Source of the DNA: a virus
Lineage: Duplodnaviria; Caudoviricetes
Length of the DNA stretch: 62,808 nt
Reading direction: 5' to 3' (one strand)
Virus record (IMG/VR): IMGVR_UViG_3300044568_000638
Location: 1-62,808 of that record
Under the pieces are notes generated by a model. It was not told where the DNA came from. It searched no databases and saw nothing but the letters and a program-made list of their open reading frames with translations. Each line of letters starts with the position of its first letter. Position 1 is the first letter of the stretch. The translations under genes were made by a program, and so were the position numbers. This document shows positions 28,120 to 37,899 of the stretch, piece by piece.

Positions 28120-28833
28120 TTAACAAGCTCGTTGTGGATACTCATCCTGTTGGTTTGATTGATTTGCAACCCAGCTAGCCTTAAAGCCCTGCCATCCACG
28201 GGAGACGCATTCTGTCAAAGCATCCTCCAATGTCCAGCCTGAAATCTTCACTTCTCTCTCAATGGCATCTAATGCTGTTTGGGTCAATGGTGCTTTCTTT
28301 GCTTTTCTTAGTTTTAGAAAATCATTCCAGACTTGATCTGGAACCTCGAAAGGCTGGATTACGCTTTCAGATTTCTTTTCTATCTTATCAATCTTCTCTT
28401 CTCTTATCTTATCTTCTCTATCGGTTAGCGTTGGGCTGCCCATGGGTTCGCTATGGGTTTCGATTGGGTTAGCCATGGGTAACCCATGGGTTACGGATGG
28501 GTTAGCTTTAGGTTTCCTTCCACCTTTCTTCCCATTCTCCCAATTGGCTATCAATGAAGAGTTATACTCATCCCATTGGTGAATCTCTACATTACCACCA
28601 TCTCGCCGTATAAAACCAGCGGCAATAAATGCCGACTCAAGTTTTTCAGCGTCTCCAGCATACCTACACAATGCTTTTAAGCCAGCAGGAGGAAGATTTG
28701 TGAACACGCTTGTCTTCCTGTTTTGGCAATGCCCCCATATCCTAATTAGATATAGAGGCGCAGATTCATCGTTCAAAAGATCCACTAGCATCCTTGTCTT
28801 CCAATGGTCAGGAAAGTCTGGTGATATAATCAT
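28120..28833 (-). CDS. Replication initiator (lambda O-like organisation)
   Basis: NGKKGGR, iteron-coded linker, W.DF...RK..KAPLT...GWQG C-domain, upstream of dnaB. Confidence 0.75.
   Translation of the reverse strand: MIISPDFPDHWKTRMLVDLLNDESAPLYLIRIWGHCQNRKTSVFTNLPPAGLKALCRYAGDAEKLESAFIAAGFIRRDGGNVEIHQWDEYNSSLIANWENGKKGGRKPKANPSVTHGLPMANPIETHSEPMGSPTLTDREDKIREEKIDKIEKKSESVIQPFEVPDQVWNDFLKLRKAKKAPLTQTALDAIEREVKISGWTLEDALTECVSRGWQGFKASWVANQSNQQDEYPQRAC
28372..28506. other. Putative replication origin: 11-bp-period iterons plus pyrimidine/purine tract
   Basis: TGGGT at 28443, 28454, 28465, 28476, 28487, 28498; CT-rich tract 28372-28420. Confidence 0.7.
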
Positions 28834-28837
28834 ATTA

Positions 28838-29173
28838 TTAAATGTCTGCTATGCTTCCACGGGTGTTGAATATCCCATTCAAGTCTGGATCTTGTTCCAT
28901 GATCAACCTTGCGTAACAAGCCCTAAAATCATTTGACAACTTGTATTCCTCGACTGAATCCACGGACATATAGTAGTTCCACCTCAGAACCTCGTAAAGC
29001 ATAGCAATTCCTAGCTTGGCATCATTGCGCTTGCGATTGAATTGCCTAGCCAATGCCACTAGGTTCTCGTAAACTTGTGGATTGCTTGAATGAAACCTTA
29101 TGAACCTTGCAGGGATTGAATTGTCAATCTCGACAACGATTGGGTCTAGGTTTAGTTGTAATTGGTCGCTCAT
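28838..29173 (-). CDS. Conserved phage hypothetical protein
   Basis: FH..NP.VY, LRW, N.F.A.YAR. Confidence 0.7.
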   Translation of the reverse strand: MSDQLQLNLDPIVVEIDNSIPARFIRFHSSNPQVYENLVALARQFNRKRNDAKLGIAMLYEVLRWNYYMSVDSVEEYKLSNDFRACYARLIMEQDPDLNGIFNTRGSIADI

Positions 29174-29508
29174 TCTACTCCTTTCAAGCGATACTTGATG
29201 CGATCCATTGAATATCCAAAGGACAGCAATGCAACAACAATGTCATCAATACTTACTTCTGGGAACTCTGGAGCTTGGACATACTTATACAACCCATCCC
29301 ATCCTGTATTACAATCTTTAGTTGAGAAGAAATCCCACCAGACAATCCGTGCCGCAACGCAACGAACTTTGTAATCTGGAACTAATTCAATCTCATCAAT
29401 CCAAGTCCTTTGCGACTTTGACTTTAGATATTCAGTATCTATAAACTTGTGCCTATAGCGTTTATCTTCATCCTCTTCAATCTCTTCAATTTCAATTATA
29501 GTTTCCAT
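29170..29508 (-). CDS. Hypothetical protein
   Basis: A-rich leader, packed ORF. Confidence 0.6.
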   Translation of the reverse strand: METIIEIEEIEEDEDKRYRHKFIDTEYLKSKSQRTWIDEIELVPDYKVRCVAARIVWWDFFSTKDCNTGWDGLYKYVQAPEFPEVSIDDIVVALLSFGYSMDRIKYRLKGVE

Positions 29509-29513
29509 ATTAT

Positions 29514-29741
29514 TTATATATTCCTGCATTCCTTTATCATTTTGTTAATAGCTTCTCTTATGTGAGGCCATTCTATTGGATCAATTTGAATCTTACCTAC
29601 ATTATCATCATTGCACTGCGATACTTCAACGAACTCACCACCAGCTTCATCAGCGATTTGAACCTCAGTTACACCATCAGAAAATATTGGCTCATTTTCT
29701 GGCATCACGGCTATTTTCAATGTTCTTGTTTCGTAATTCAT
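29514..29741 (-). CDS. Conserved phage hypothetical protein
   Basis: EPIFS...T...I.DEAGGEFV. Confidence 0.7.
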   Translation of the reverse strand: MNYETRTLKIAVMPENEPIFSDGVTEVQIADEAGGEFVEVSQCNDDNVGKIQIDPIEWPHIREAINKMIKECRNI

Positions 29742-30757
29742 TTGATTTTCTTTTCTTTCTTAGGTTTATCTTCTACCATCCGAATAATGTCTTTGGATCG
29801 ATATGTCTCAAAGTCAAACGGGATACCTTTCTTTTCCGTAAACTCTCTCAAGTCGTTAGCTTTAATCTTTCCGCCGAACAAGTCGATTATCTCAAACTTG
29901 CTCAACGTCTCGGTAGCTGAATAAAGAGCTTCTGCTCCACAATACTCGATCCCCTTGGAGTTTTGTAACTTGTATCCCACAACTGGCTCTTCGTTAGTCA
30001 ATCTTTCGCGTATCAAATCCTTTGCCCAATCCACTAACTCATTAAATATATTTGCCTTTTTCACAAACACGCTTATGCGTTCTGGATCTGCCGCCAAATA
30101 CTCCTTTAATTGCGCTACGTTGGCCTTTATATCGCTGTCCACTACAACCAATGTATCGTTGACAGCTGTTGCAATTCCATTGCACGTTGAATAATTTGAA
30201 CACCATTTACAATACTCGCATGGCGTTGGCTTTTTGTCTGGATCATTAGCCTTGGCTAGAATCTCCTCTACGCCAGACTTGGCTTCCTCGTAGTTGAAGG
30301 AATGCTTAACGATTCGTTGCTGGTCGCAGAATATCAGATAGCACGTCCATTCATCACAGAACTCTCTCGCCATGTTGCCATAGGCGTATGCCATCATCTG
30401 ATTTTCGTAATCCCTGACTTGACCTGACTTCAGGTCGCAGGAAATGCACAATGATGGAATGCGACAATCTTCCGTTCCGATATGCTCAATTCCAGCAGTC
30501 TTTACCTTGAGCTTTGACTCGTCAGAAATGATCTCCTTGTCTCCAGCTATTGCTTGGACTTGATTAATAGCCCAAATGACAGCTTTCTTGTCGTCATCCG
30601 TATCCAGCAATTCAATCTTGCTTGAATCTCCAGCAAGAGCGAAGCGGAATGCCTCATCCATTTTGGTTCCCCTAGCTGCCGCTGGGGATGACTCCCCAGA
30701 AGCAGATTCGTAACAGGCACATTGCGCTAACTTAGGTAGTGAGGAATGGCGGATCAT
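29738..30757 (-). CDS. PD-(D/E)XK Cas4-like exonuclease (ERF partner)
   Basis: GT.D, DLKSG, QxxxYA, C..C.WC.....C; ATGA overlap with erf. Confidence 0.8.
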   Translation of the reverse strand: MIRHSSLPKLAQCACYESASGESSPAAARGTKMDEAFRFALAGDSSKIELLDTDDDKKAVIWAINQVQAIAGDKEIISDESKLKVKTAGIEHIGTEDCRIPSLCISCDLKSGQVRDYENQMMAYAYGNMAREFCDEWTCYLIFCDQQRIVKHSFNYEEAKSGVEEILAKANDPDKKPTPCEYCKWCSNYSTCNGIATAVNDTLVVVDSDIKANVAQLKEYLAADPERISVFVKKANIFNELVDWAKDLIRERLTNEEPVVGYKLQNSKGIEYCGAEALYSATETLSKFEIIDLFGGKIKANDLREFTEKKGIPFDFETYRSKDIIRMVEDKPKKEKKIK

Positions 30758-31416
30758 AGTGTTGTCAATACCGCTTGCACGAATGCGGATGCGCCACCTT
30801 TGGAAAGAATCCTTGAGCGATATGGGCCTTCTTTTAACTCGCGCCATGTTTGGCCTTCTTCCAATGCGCCCTTCTTGATTAACCACAATGTAGCTTCCTT
30901 GTCTATTTCCTTGATGGTAGCTTCGACCTCAGAATACCAATTATCTCCCCAAGGAGCATCTGGCATATCATCCATGTTGGCAGGAACGATTGGTTCCTTC
31001 TTTATGACTTTTGCTACAGGTTTACTAACTTGTGCAACGCTTGGGCGTGATGCCGCATTGCCATCGTCGTCCTCTGGAGCGATACCACAGGCCGCCATGA
31101 GCGAGTACCGCCTTGCATAGGTCAATGCTGACCCATAGCCTTGTGCGTCTTGCTTGGTAGCAGGAACGTGTAGTTTACCAGCAGAGAGTGATTCGCCACT
31201 CTCATGCAGGAAAAGGGTTTCCACGCAAACTCCCGACTCGCTGTCATGTGTTTGTTGGATTAATGCTATTCCGTTATCATTAAGACCTGTGATAACCGAT
31301 TCGACGCAAGCAGACAAATCTGCGTATCGCGAACGGAAGTGAGGGTTTGTGGACGTTTTCAATGCTGGCCCGAATGCCTTCTGAGCCTTTACTAGTGCTG
31401 ATGCTATGTTTTTCAT
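30754..31416 (-). CDS. erf: ERF-family single-strand annealing protein
   Basis: NPHF.S.YADL, LHESGE, QG.GSALTYARRYSL, EDDDGN. Confidence 0.92.
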   Translation of the reverse strand: MKNIASALVKAQKAFGPALKTSTNPHFRSRYADLSACVESVITGLNDNGIALIQQTHDSESGVCVETLFLHESGESLSAGKLHVPATKQDAQGYGSALTYARRYSLMAACGIAPEDDDGNAASRPSVAQVSKPVAKVIKKEPIVPANMDDMPDAPWGDNWYSEVEATIKEIDKEATLWLIKKGALEEGQTWRELKEGPYRSRILSKGGASAFVQAVLTTL

Positions 31417-31428
31417 GTATGTATTTAT

Positions 31429-31629
31429 TTATTGGTTGTTGTTGTCGTCTCCCAAGATTGTATACTTGGGAAGGTTGTTGATGGTATCTTGCATTTTTTC
31501 CGATTCAAGTTTTTTTTTCATGTAATAATACTCGAACTGATCAAGCATATTTTGCTGGCCTAGCTTGTAGCAAGCCCACATGGAAGCCATGGTGATTATT
31601 GTGAGTGATATTGCGAATGTAAGTGTCAT
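31429..31629 (-). CDS. Small membrane-anchored protein
   Basis: N-terminal hydrophobic helix. Confidence 0.5.
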   Translation of the reverse strand: MTLTFAISLTIITMASMWACYKLGQQNMLDQFEYYYMKKKLESEKMQDTINNLPKYTILGDDNNNQ

Positions 31630-31630
31630 G

Positions 31631-31732
31631 TTATCCTTTGATGTTCCAGACAAAAAGACCTAGGGCCAATACTGGAATGATGATTTCACCGACCTTGAAG
31701 GCGACGATTGCAAAGCAGATTATTGTTTCCAT
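31631..31732 (-). CDS. 33-aa hydrophobic peptide
   Basis: Fills intergenic gap exactly. Confidence 0.4.
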   Translation of the reverse strand: METIICFAIVAFKVGEIIIPVLALGLFVWNIKG

Positions 31733-32134
31733 TTAATCTACTTTCACAAGTCGCGCTAAGGTATCGAGGAATGCACAGAATGCCTCGTCAAAATCAAGCC
31801 ATCCCGAATTGTGTTTATTATGTTCGACATAATATCGAATCCTGCCTTGGTTCAGATCAGACGACACGCGAAATTGGTTTCCATGTCCCGTGTAAAGTTC
31901 AATGCGGCTTGCGGATGATGATCTCGAGCAAATGTCGCTCAGTTTCTCTTTTCGCACACTATATCCGCTTGCTGATTTTAGAGGTAAATCCTTCAGTTCT
32001 TCATAAACGTCAATGAAGGGTTTCATTGCAGTTTCCTCAGCTTCCCTTGTTGCCGCTTCCTCTGCTCTTTTAGCGTTTTCCTTTGCTGTTTCCAAATCCT
32101 GCCTTGCCTTGATTATATCTTTTATATTGCTCAT
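31733..32134 (-). CDS. Hypothetical protein
   Basis: A-rich leader. Confidence 0.65.
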   Translation of the reverse strand: MSNIKDIIKARQDLETAKENAKRAEEAATREAEETAMKPFIDVYEELKDLPLKSASGYSVRKEKLSDICSRSSSASRIELYTGHGNQFRVSSDLNQGRIRYYVEHNKHNSGWLDFDEAFCAFLDTLARLVKVD

Positions 32135-32154
32135 ATTTATTTATTTCGTGTTTA

Positions 32155-32382
32155 TTACATTACGATCAGATGATCCTTTGCCCATTCTTTGCTGATACCT
32201 AGTTTATTGATGATTTTTTTCTTGATTGATTCTTTCATATCTTGCTTGCGACAATATTCTGCCACTCCTGTTTGATATCCTTCGTTATATTCTGTCCTGT
32301 CTTGACTGGATTCAAATTGGTTATTGTCTACGCCGGATTCAATTCCGGCATCAAATCCCGCCTTGTATGCTTTAGTTTTCAT
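32155..32382 (-). CDS. Hypothetical protein (AY..G...G...N.F repeat type)
   Basis: Packed ORF. Confidence 0.6.
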   Translation of the reverse strand: MKTKAYKAGFDAGIESGVDNNQFESSQDRTEYNEGYQTGVAEYCRKQDMKESIKKKIINKLGISKEWAKDHLIVM

Positions 32383-32633
32383 TATTTATATTCTTCGAGT
32401 AGTTGATCATCTGTTTTTTCTGTTCTGATGAATGTCTGAGAATAGGTTACCTTCTGATTGGTAAATTTATTAAATCCATCGTTATAGTCATATGTTACAG
32501 CATCATCAATGTCTTCAGATGCGAGGTTTTCAAAGTCTCCTCCCCATAGCAATCCATCTAAAATAATGGCAGGAAGTTTTTCTTCGCTCGCAGTTAAAAT
32601 ATTATGTTCGATGACTAGTTTTCTTGTTTTCAT
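32382..32633 (-). CDS. Hypothetical protein
   Basis: MKT start, packed. Confidence 0.55.
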   Translation of the reverse strand: MKTRKLVIEHNILTASEEKLPAIILDGLLWGGDFENLASEDIDDAVTYDYNDGFNKFTNQKVTYSQTFIRTEKTDDQLLEEYK

Positions 32634-32640
32634 AGTGTGT

Positions 32641-32781
32641 TTATTTTTTAATTGAGTCGAGGATGGTTTGCATTTCTTTGTCCAGATGATCAGCGACAAT
32701 CTCACCATAATTGCTTCGGATCATGTTAATTGCTTGCGATAGTAAGTTTGCTAATTCTAAAACTGCATTTTCTTTGCTCAT
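32641..32781 (-). CDS. 46-aa hypothetical protein
   Basis: aaataaatATG leader, fills gap. Confidence 0.5.
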   Translation of the reverse strand: MSKENAVLELANLLSQAINMIRSNYGEIVADHLDKEMQTILDSIKK

Positions 32782-32796
32782 ATTTATTTTCTATTT

Positions 32797-33129
32797 TTAT
32801 TTGTTTAGTTGGAATATATTGCACTCTGTCATTTCATTGATTCGAGAATCTGGGCTGTCTGCCTCTTCAGTTCCGCATACTGGGCAAGTTGTGCGGTCTG
32901 CTTTGGAGTGTATATATCGCTCCTTGCACTCGCAGTCCCAATGGGTATCAAGTGTTTTTACTGATTTCGCGGCATAAGATTTCATATTGGATATCAAATC
33001 GTTTGGCAAATCGGATGAGTTAAGTAGAATTCTAAATTGATCGACGGCATAAGCCAATCTATCATCCCCGATTTGTTCGGCGAAATCAGTAAGAGCCATG
33101 ATGTAGTCGTTAATTGTTTTAGTTTTCAT
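32797..33129 (-). CDS. Zn-ribbon protein
   Basis: WDCEC...YIH...CPVC...PDSR. Confidence 0.65.
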   Translation of the reverse strand: MKTKTINDYIMALTDFAEQIGDDRLAYAVDQFRILLNSSDLPNDLISNMKSYAAKSVKTLDTHWDCECKERYIHSKADRTTCPVCGTEEADSPDSRINEMTECNIFQLNK

Positions 33130-33131
33130 AT

Positions 33132-33335
33132 TTATTTTCTATTTTTATTTGCCTTGCTGTAGTTTCGCATTATGTCTATCAATGCTTCGGTGATTATCTG
33201 TTTACTTTGTTCCATTTCCATGTCTGCAATGCCTTGAGCATCACTTGTGTCCAACCCTTCGCTTTCGAGTTGCTGAACCCTTGCAAGCCAATCTGAATGC
33301 CTTGGGCTATCTTGGTGTGATGGGGGTAATTTCAT
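33132..33335 (-). CDS. Hypothetical protein
   Basis: RV..LE.EG..TSDAQGIAD. Confidence 0.6.
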   Translation of the reverse strand: MKLPPSHQDSPRHSDWLARVQQLESEGLDTSDAQGIADMEMEQSKQIITEALIDIMRNYSKANKNRK

Positions 33336-33655
33336 GCTTTCCCCTCCGCCTTGGCAATTGCTCGCCTTGCCGATTGCATAACTTGGCACTTCGGGTTTCG
33401 TAGCATATCCTCTGTAACCATTAATGCTTTTAATGCGTCCAGCAAATCGGGAGCGGAAGCGATTAAATGAGCATTGGCAATACCTTCCTTTATGTGTGGA
33501 GCGAACGTTTGAACATTGGCAAGGGTTAAAGCCCCTTGTGGATGGATTAGGCTTTCCCTTGATCCGTCTACTATCTTGATAGTTGTAAAGCTTGAATCAT
33601 TCATATCCTCGTCAATTTGAACGATCCATGGTGCTTTGGTGTGGTTTGCTTTCAT
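33332..33655 (-). CDS. Conserved phage early protein
   Basis: HT..PW ... ANA.LIA.APDLL.AL ... AR.AIAKAEG. Confidence 0.8.
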   Translation of the reverse strand: MKANHTKAPWIVQIDEDMNDSSFTTIKIVDGSRESLIHPQGALTLANVQTFAPHIKEGIANAHLIASAPDLLDALKALMVTEDMLRNPKCQVMQSARRAIAKAEGKA

Positions 33656-33762
33656 AGTCCGTTTCTTTCGATGTATTGAGCCAATGCGCTAAAAAGCGAT
33701 AGCATGGAAATGGTGAAAATGAGGGTAATTAGTGGGGCTGAGAGTTGATCTAGTGTTTTCAT
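33652..33762 (-). CDS. 36-aa membrane peptide
   Basis: Hydrophobic core, overlaps next start. Confidence 0.45.
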   Translation of the reverse strand: MKTLDQLSAPLITLIFTISMLSLFSALAQYIERNGL

Positions 33763-33765
33763 GTT

Positions 33766-34440
33766 TTATTGATTGGAGATTGCATTTGCCTTTGCTTTGC
33801 TTGCGCCGTGTGGCAGAAAGCCAATGATCACGGAGCGATTGACCCTTGAACAGAGTTGGCAATTAGCACAGGTGATGTCCTCCCTTTGCTGGGCTGGGCA
33901 CACAACCCCCTTTCTTCCCGCTGGGGTATAAAACGTATTTGCTGTGCCATGTGGCACAATGGAAACGACAGGCCCGATATTTAAATCGGAAAGCTTATCG
34001 GCATGGGCTAGGCTATTCCCGCTTAGATTAATGGTGAAACCTCCCTTGTTTGCATCTCGCACAGCTTCGCGATTGTTTTCATTTTCCTCACACGGCTTAT
34101 GCGTATAAGTAAAACCACGCCTTCCCTTGTTCGCTTCCACAAGGGTTTTTAATGCGCTTGCGTCAATATGGTCACCTAGTCCCGCTAAGTCGCCCGCTTG
34201 GTTATGTCGCCAGACTTGGCCGCGAGGAAAGCCTTTGATCTGTTTTGCCAAGATTTGGAGCGTATCACCTCGGAGTTTTGCCGTGACTTTCTTCCAATGC
34301 ATTGCAAGTGGGCCGCCCTTAGCATAGCATCCCCCCGCCTTTAATGGGCAAGCATCTGGACACGTTTCCTGTGATGATGTCGTTACAGGTATGGGGCCTG
34401 TTTTTACGTTGCCCGATATTTTCGATAAGTGGATGTTCAT
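33766..34440 (-). CDS. Cys-rich Gp88-like protein (possible Fe-S, radical-SAM-like)
   Basis: N.KTG, CxxxC...CYA, R...AGD, YTH, CP...CxxCxxC. Confidence 0.55.
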   Translation of the reverse strand: MNIHLSKISGNVKTGPIPVTTSSQETCPDACPLKAGGCYAKGGPLAMHWKKVTAKLRGDTLQILAKQIKGFPRGQVWRHNQAGDLAGLGDHIDASALKTLVEANKGRRGFTYTHKPCEENENNREAVRDANKGGFTINLSGNSLAHADKLSDLNIGPVVSIVPHGTANTFYTPAGRKGVVCPAQQREDITCANCQLCSRVNRSVIIGFLPHGASKAKANAISNQ

Positions 34441-34450
34441 TTTTTGAATT

Positions 34451-34762
34451 CTATTGATTGACAGATGGGCATGATTGCGAAGATGGGAAGGATTGGAGTT
34501 GTCTGCCGATTGTTTTTGCGTTGCTGTTTGCATCGGAAAGGGTCATTTTCTCCTTAAAATAAAAACCTTTGCAAAATGCCGTTATTGCCAAGTCTAATTC
34601 TCTCGCTGTCACGTGGCAATGTGTCATGACGTGAGACCCATCGAGCATGACAGAATAGCCACGACCATTGCCATGACATTGGCTGGAAAGCTGAAAGCGA
34701 ACGCCTGTCACGTTGTAAATGTATTCCATGCGTCCGATGAGTTCGTTTTTTGTGATTTTCAT
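34451..34762 (-). CDS. Hypothetical protein
   Basis: A-rich leader. Confidence 0.55.
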   Translation of the reverse strand: MKITKNELIGRMEYIYNVTGVRFQLSSQCHGNGRGYSVMLDGSHVMTHCHVTARELDLAITAFCKGFYFKEKMTLSDANSNAKTIGRQLQSFPSSQSCPSVNQ

Positions 34763-34786
34763 AATGTATTTATTTTTTTGTTTTTA

Positions 34787-35005
34787 TTAATAGTTTGAGA
34801 TTAATTGCATGAATCGCTCGCGTGTTTTCGCTGGTGTACCCTGTGGATGCGCTACCCACAAAGACCGCCCTGTGGATTTCACAAAGCGGGAGGGTTTACC
34901 TCCCCCACATTTTACCCATTGCCCACATTGCAGTTTGATTTGACCCGATAGGATTGCGGACTGGATTGAATGATTCCACAGATCGAGAGTAGGAAGGTAT
35001 TTCAT
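34787..35005 (-). CDS. Hypothetical protein
   Basis: Y.PT.DLW...LQ.GQWV.CG. Confidence 0.6.
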   Translation of the reverse strand: MKYLPTLDLWNHSIQSAILSGQIKLQCGQWVKCGGGKPSRFVKSTGRSLWVAHPQGTPAKTRERFMQLISNY

Positions 35006-35029
35006 AAGATGTATTTTTTTGATTTGGTT

Positions 35030-35245
35030 TTATTCTTCAATGGATGATTCAACGCATTCGTCACAATAGCCGCCCTCATTCAAGACGCGAACAGGATATT
35101 TAGTGCGGCATTCTGTGCATTTGATTTCAAAGCCACTAATGCGCTCGTCTGCACACATTGAAGCAATACCGATAGGAAGCAAACCGCCATCCACAGACAG
35201 AAAACGTTCGCCAGTTGTTTTATTTATGAGTGATTTGATTTTCAT
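35030..35245 (-). CDS. Small Zn-finger protein, first gene of early arm
   Basis: CxxC...CxxC. Confidence 0.55.
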   Translation of the reverse strand: MKIKSLINKTTGERFLSVDGGLLPIGIASMCADERISGFEIKCTECRTKYPVRVLNEGGYCDECVESSIEE

Positions 35246-35290
35246 TGATGATTTGTTTTGACGAGAGAGTGATTTCGCTCATCTGGTAAA

Positions 35291-35318
35291 ACAATACCAC
35301 GCCAACGCTCATCACCAA
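35291..35318 (-). promoter_or_regulatory. Putative early promoter
   Basis: TTGGTG-N16-TATTGT with TGn. Confidence 0.4.
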
Positions 35319-35346
35319 GATATTTTTTCAATTATTTTTACGCTCG

Positions 35347-35413
35347 CACAAGCGCATAAACACAAGCGCAAACGATACAGGCGACAGCAGAGCCGCATAA
35401 ACACAAGCGCAAA
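35347..35413. repeat. 20-bp direct repeat CGCATAAACACAAGCGCAAA
   Basis: 35353-35372 and 35394-35413, partial third copy at 35347. Confidence 0.85.
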
Positions 35414-35741
35414 TATTTTTCACGCATTAAAAAATAAAAAAGAAAAAGATTGACACCCGCAAACCCGCACCAATGCTCGATCTGCTGACTACAAGTGATT
35501 TCAATTTATTGAAAGAGCGCATCAATATTGATCAATTTACACCATCGAATGAAAAAACGTTTTGACGCAAGATGAAATCCAATGACGATTGGATGAAATC
35601 GGAATTAATACATATGAGAGAGAAAAGCGACGAACAAGCGAGAAGGACGAGAGAGAATCCAGCGAAGAGAGACGCAACACACGTTCATTGCGTAGCTAAT
35701 TTTAACCACCCGTTTTTTTTAGTGTCAAGATGTTTCGCACC

Positions 35742-36272
35742 ATGAGTGATGAGATAACAAAGAACAAGGGAGGAAGACCCTCGACATACAGCCACGAACT
35801 GGTCACAGATTTCTGCAAATTACTTGCAATAGGCAACACGTTACGCTCGTTATGCGCCACGGATAGATTCCCGACAGCCACGACCATTTACGATTGGCTG
35901 GAGAAATTCCCAGAGTTTGCTGAACAATACGCTCGCGCACGGAGCCAACAAGCCGACCATTACGCCGAGATGATAATAGATGAGGCATTCGGAGCGAGTG
36001 ACGCAAGTATCGGCAGATTGCGAATGGATGCGCTGAAGTGGGCCGCAAGCAAGATTGCTCCGAAGAAATACGGCGACAAGATCGAGGTTGAATCGAACCA
36101 ATCGAACAACATCAAGCTTTCGTTCACGATCCCACACAGAGACGCACCGATTGACATTTTAGAGCTGGAATCCCCCGATAGTGTGGCAATACAGGACAGG
36201 GCAGGGTTACAGGCAAATAATGCCGATGCAGATATTGCCGATATTCAAGTAAACGACCAAGATAGATACTAG
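35742..36272 (+). CDS. terS: Terminase small subunit (Sf6-like)
   Basis: GRPS.Y, G.TLR..C, P...T.Y.W, F.EQYARAR, KW.ASK.APKKYGDK. Confidence 0.88.
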   Translation: MSDEITKNKGGRPSTYSHELVTDFCKLLAIGNTLRSLCATDRFPTATTIYDWLEKFPEFAEQYARARSQQADHYAEMIIDEAFGASDASIGRLRMDALKWAASKIAPKKYGDKIEVESNQSNNIKLSFTIPHRDAPIDILELESPDSVAIQDRAGLQANNADADIADIQVNDQDRY

Positions 36273-36325
36273 GCATATAATGCCGCCCGCAGTTAAACCG
36301 CAGAAAATACGCATATAAATAAACT

Positions 36326-37441
36326 ATGAGATTCCACATTCTAGGATTACCGCACACTGTAACAAGTAAAGATTTTAACGCCTGTGCCTACACTGCAAAG
36401 GTTTTAAAATTCGGAAAGATGATGACAAGCCGAGGACACGAAGTCATCCACTATGGGCATGAAGATTCCGACCTCCAATGCACAGAGCACGTTAGCGTTT
36501 TAACAAACGATGACTTCTCTAAAAGCTACGGCTCGCACGATTGGCGCAAGACATTCTTTAAATTTGATATCGGCGATCACGCATATCAGACGTTTTACGC
36601 AAACGCCATTCGTGAAGTAGGAAGACGCAAACAGAAAAACGATTTCATCCTGCCATTTTGGGGAAGCGGAGTACGCCCGATCTGTGATGCTCATCAAGAT
36701 TTGATTTGCGTGGAACCCGGGATTGGATACGCAGGAGGACACTGGGCGCGATGGAAGGTGTGGGAAAGCTACGCCATTTATCACGCATATTGCGGGATGC
36801 AAGCTGTCGGAAATTGCCAGCAGGATAACTATAGCGTGGTGATCCCAAACTATTTCGATCCCGCTGATTTCACCTTCCAATCCGAAAAGGAAAACTATTT
36901 CCTCTATCTGGGCAGGGTTTACAGCGGGAAAGGCGTTGACATTGCAATCCAAGCCACGGAACGAGCGGGAGTGAAGCTAGTGATTGCAGGACAGAAGGAA
37001 GAAGGCTACAAGCTACCGCCCCACGTTGAATATGTAGGATACGCCGACACGGAAACCCGCAGAAAGCTAATGGCAAACGCCAAAGCATCTTTCCTGCCCT
37101 CGCAATATGTGGAGCCGTTCGGTGGTGTGCAGATTGAAAATTTGCTTTCAGGAACTCCGACAATCACGACAGACTGGGGGAGCTTCGCAGAAAACAACCT
37201 CCACGGCATTACAGGCTACCGATGCCGAACGATGGGAGACTTCGTTGATGCAATCCACGCTGTCGACCGCATACGCCCCGAGAATTGCCAAGCTTTCGGA
37301 TTGAATTTTACGCTCGAACGTGTCGCGCCGATGTACGAGAAATATTTCTCCGATGTTCTGGACGTTTACAACGGGGCAGGATGGTATGCAGACGGAAATG
37401 GCATTGACGCAATGACACGTTACTTCCCAGCGATTGACTAG
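36326..37441 (+). CDS. GT-B (GT4-like) glycosyltransferase
   Basis: GHEV, YLGR....KG, EPFG.V.IE. Confidence 0.88.
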   Translation: MRFHILGLPHTVTSKDFNACAYTAKVLKFGKMMTSRGHEVIHYGHEDSDLQCTEHVSVLTNDDFSKSYGSHDWRKTFFKFDIGDHAYQTFYANAIREVGRRKQKNDFILPFWGSGVRPICDAHQDLICVEPGIGYAGGHWARWKVWESYAIYHAYCGMQAVGNCQQDNYSVVIPNYFDPADFTFQSEKENYFLYLGRVYSGKGVDIAIQATERAGVKLVIAGQKEEGYKLPPHVEYVGYADTETRRKLMANAKASFLPSQYVEPFGGVQIENLLSGTPTITTDWGSFAENNLHGITGYRCRTMGDFVDAIHAVDRIRPENCQAFGLNFTLERVAPMYEKYFSDVLDVYNGAGWYADGNGIDAMTRYFPAID

Positions 37442-37464
37442 CCTGCACGACATAAACCCTCACA

Positions 37465-37899
37465 ATGAGCCACCAAGACGACACAAGCCGAGACGAATCA
37501 CAAGACAGCTTCTCAAATATCACCGACCTAGAAGAATCGGCATTCTATGAAAGCGGATTGACGGCACATGGATGCATGGACAAGTTGGACGCATACGCCA
37601 TGGAAAGCATCAAACGCTATGGCCGCATTTTATTCAAGGCCGCATACCATGATGCAACCGCATTCAAAGCATACAAAGATTATACTGGATTGATGCTGGA
37701 ATCAGAGAGGCTAAAAAAGGAACTGGCAGAGATAAAGGAACGATGCGAAAAGCTAGAGAAGGCTATGAAATACTCCCCAGCTGGTGAATCTTTGTTGTCT
37801 AAGTTTATTCAAGCCACGCAAGACATCCACGAAGCGAGAGAAGAAATCAGACTACTAAAAGCAATCATGGACATGATGAAAGATAATGCTAATGAGTGA
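37465..37899 (+). CDS. Coiled-coil hypothetical protein
   Basis: Packed ORF. Confidence 0.55.
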   Translation: MSHQDDTSRDESQDSFSNITDLEESAFYESGLTAHGCMDKLDAYAMESIKRYGRILFKAAYHDATAFKAYKDYTGLMLESERLKKELAEIKERCEKLEKAMKYSPAGESLLSKFIQATQDIHEAREEIRLLKAIMDMMKDNANE

